Shown: one piece after another, positions 63,229-64,000 of the stretch
Position numbering within the stretch: position 1 is the stretch's first letter
How the letters are laid out: each line of letters begins with the position of its first letter
From: Octopus sinensis
Taxonomy: Eukaryota
Length of the DNA: 64,000 nt
Assembly (NCBI RefSeq): GCF_006345805.1
Contig: NC_042999.1
Location: forward strand, 154,132,001 to 154,196,000
Direction of reading: 5' to 3'
Made by a program: the position numbers and the translations under genes
Notes under the pieces: generated by a model
Database searches by the model: none
What the model was told of the DNA's origin: nothing
What the model saw: only the letters and a program-made list of their open reading frames with translations

Positions 63229-64000
63229 CTCAAGATAATCTTTATGTTACTGCCAAAACACTATCTTAAAGATAGCATATTAGCACTAGTGTTTGTTTCC
63301 AAGCTTTTACTTGGCCATCTAAAAAGATTTAGTCAAATCAACTTCAGTATTGTATCAATCTTTTTTGTCAAACCACTAATTTATGAGGATGTAAATACCA
63401 GCTGTCAAGTGGCTAAGGAACAAACACATGCGTCTATATATGGGCTTCCATCAAGTTTCCTTGCTACCAAATTTATTCACAAGGCATTGGTCATCCCAAA
63501 ATTATAGCAGACAGTACTTGCTCCAGGTACTACCAGTGGAATTGCCCTTAAAACCATGTGGTTGGGAGGCAAACTTCTTAATCACAAACTTCTAATCTAC
63601 CTATATATATATATATATATATGATGATATAAATGAGTAACGAAGATTACGCCCGTTTCAAGTGGCTCCATTGAATTGATTAATGAAAACGTTACATCAA
63701 TTTGAAACAAATCATTCTCATTAGATGACTGAATAGACCTCAGACATGAAGGATAAACCCATTTTTAAACAAATTTACATCAACAATGGAAACCAAAATA
63801 TTTAAATTGTTTCCTTTTGTTACATCTGTGACAGAAAATAATGCATACCTTGTTAAGCCTACTATAATTTAGAGTCTATTTACCTAACTTGCAATATGCA
63901 CTTCAGAAATACTATAAAAAATACCTTTATAAAAAGTACATGTCTGAATTACCAAGAGCAGATATCTTCACTTAGCTGGGTTGCATTGTCTCCACACATG

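Noticed and set aside
63953-64000. Open frame ending in a donor at the window edge (minus)
   Set aside because: Truncated, and splicing to the 54863 acceptor would create TGA.

Overview
This is AT-rich, repeat-dense eukaryotic DNA, most likely an octopus (coleoid cephalopod), judged from the tRNA-derived SINE families and the dense (TA)n/(CA)n microsatellites. No long ORF is a real gene: ORF-track hits are microsatellite or SINE read-throughs or retroelement remnants. The window looks like intronic and promoter sequence of a large minus-strand gene. The best gene evidence is one candidate first coding exon (11779-11847, MSLVPMLSRTRRPSAAILEKDIK|GT) and a few weaker candidate exons; the gene cannot be identified. 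Mobile DNA includes at least four SINE families, RTE and CR1/L2-like LINE fragments, mariner and Tc1 transposase remnants, hAT, Tigger/pogo, piggyBac and Merlin-type MITEs with TSDs, and non-autonomous Helitrons. The main find is about 9 type I hammerhead-ribozyme motifs from roughly 6 families in short, mostly microsatellite-associated Penelope-like (retrozyme-like) elements. These include an inverted pair with intact cores at 22.5-23.0 kb and a family with an apparent A6U core variant. Also notable are a Merlin-like MITE carrying a tandem array of forkhead-type motifs, head-less tandem SINE multimers, and local templated insertions and duplications. All calls were made by eye, with no database searches.
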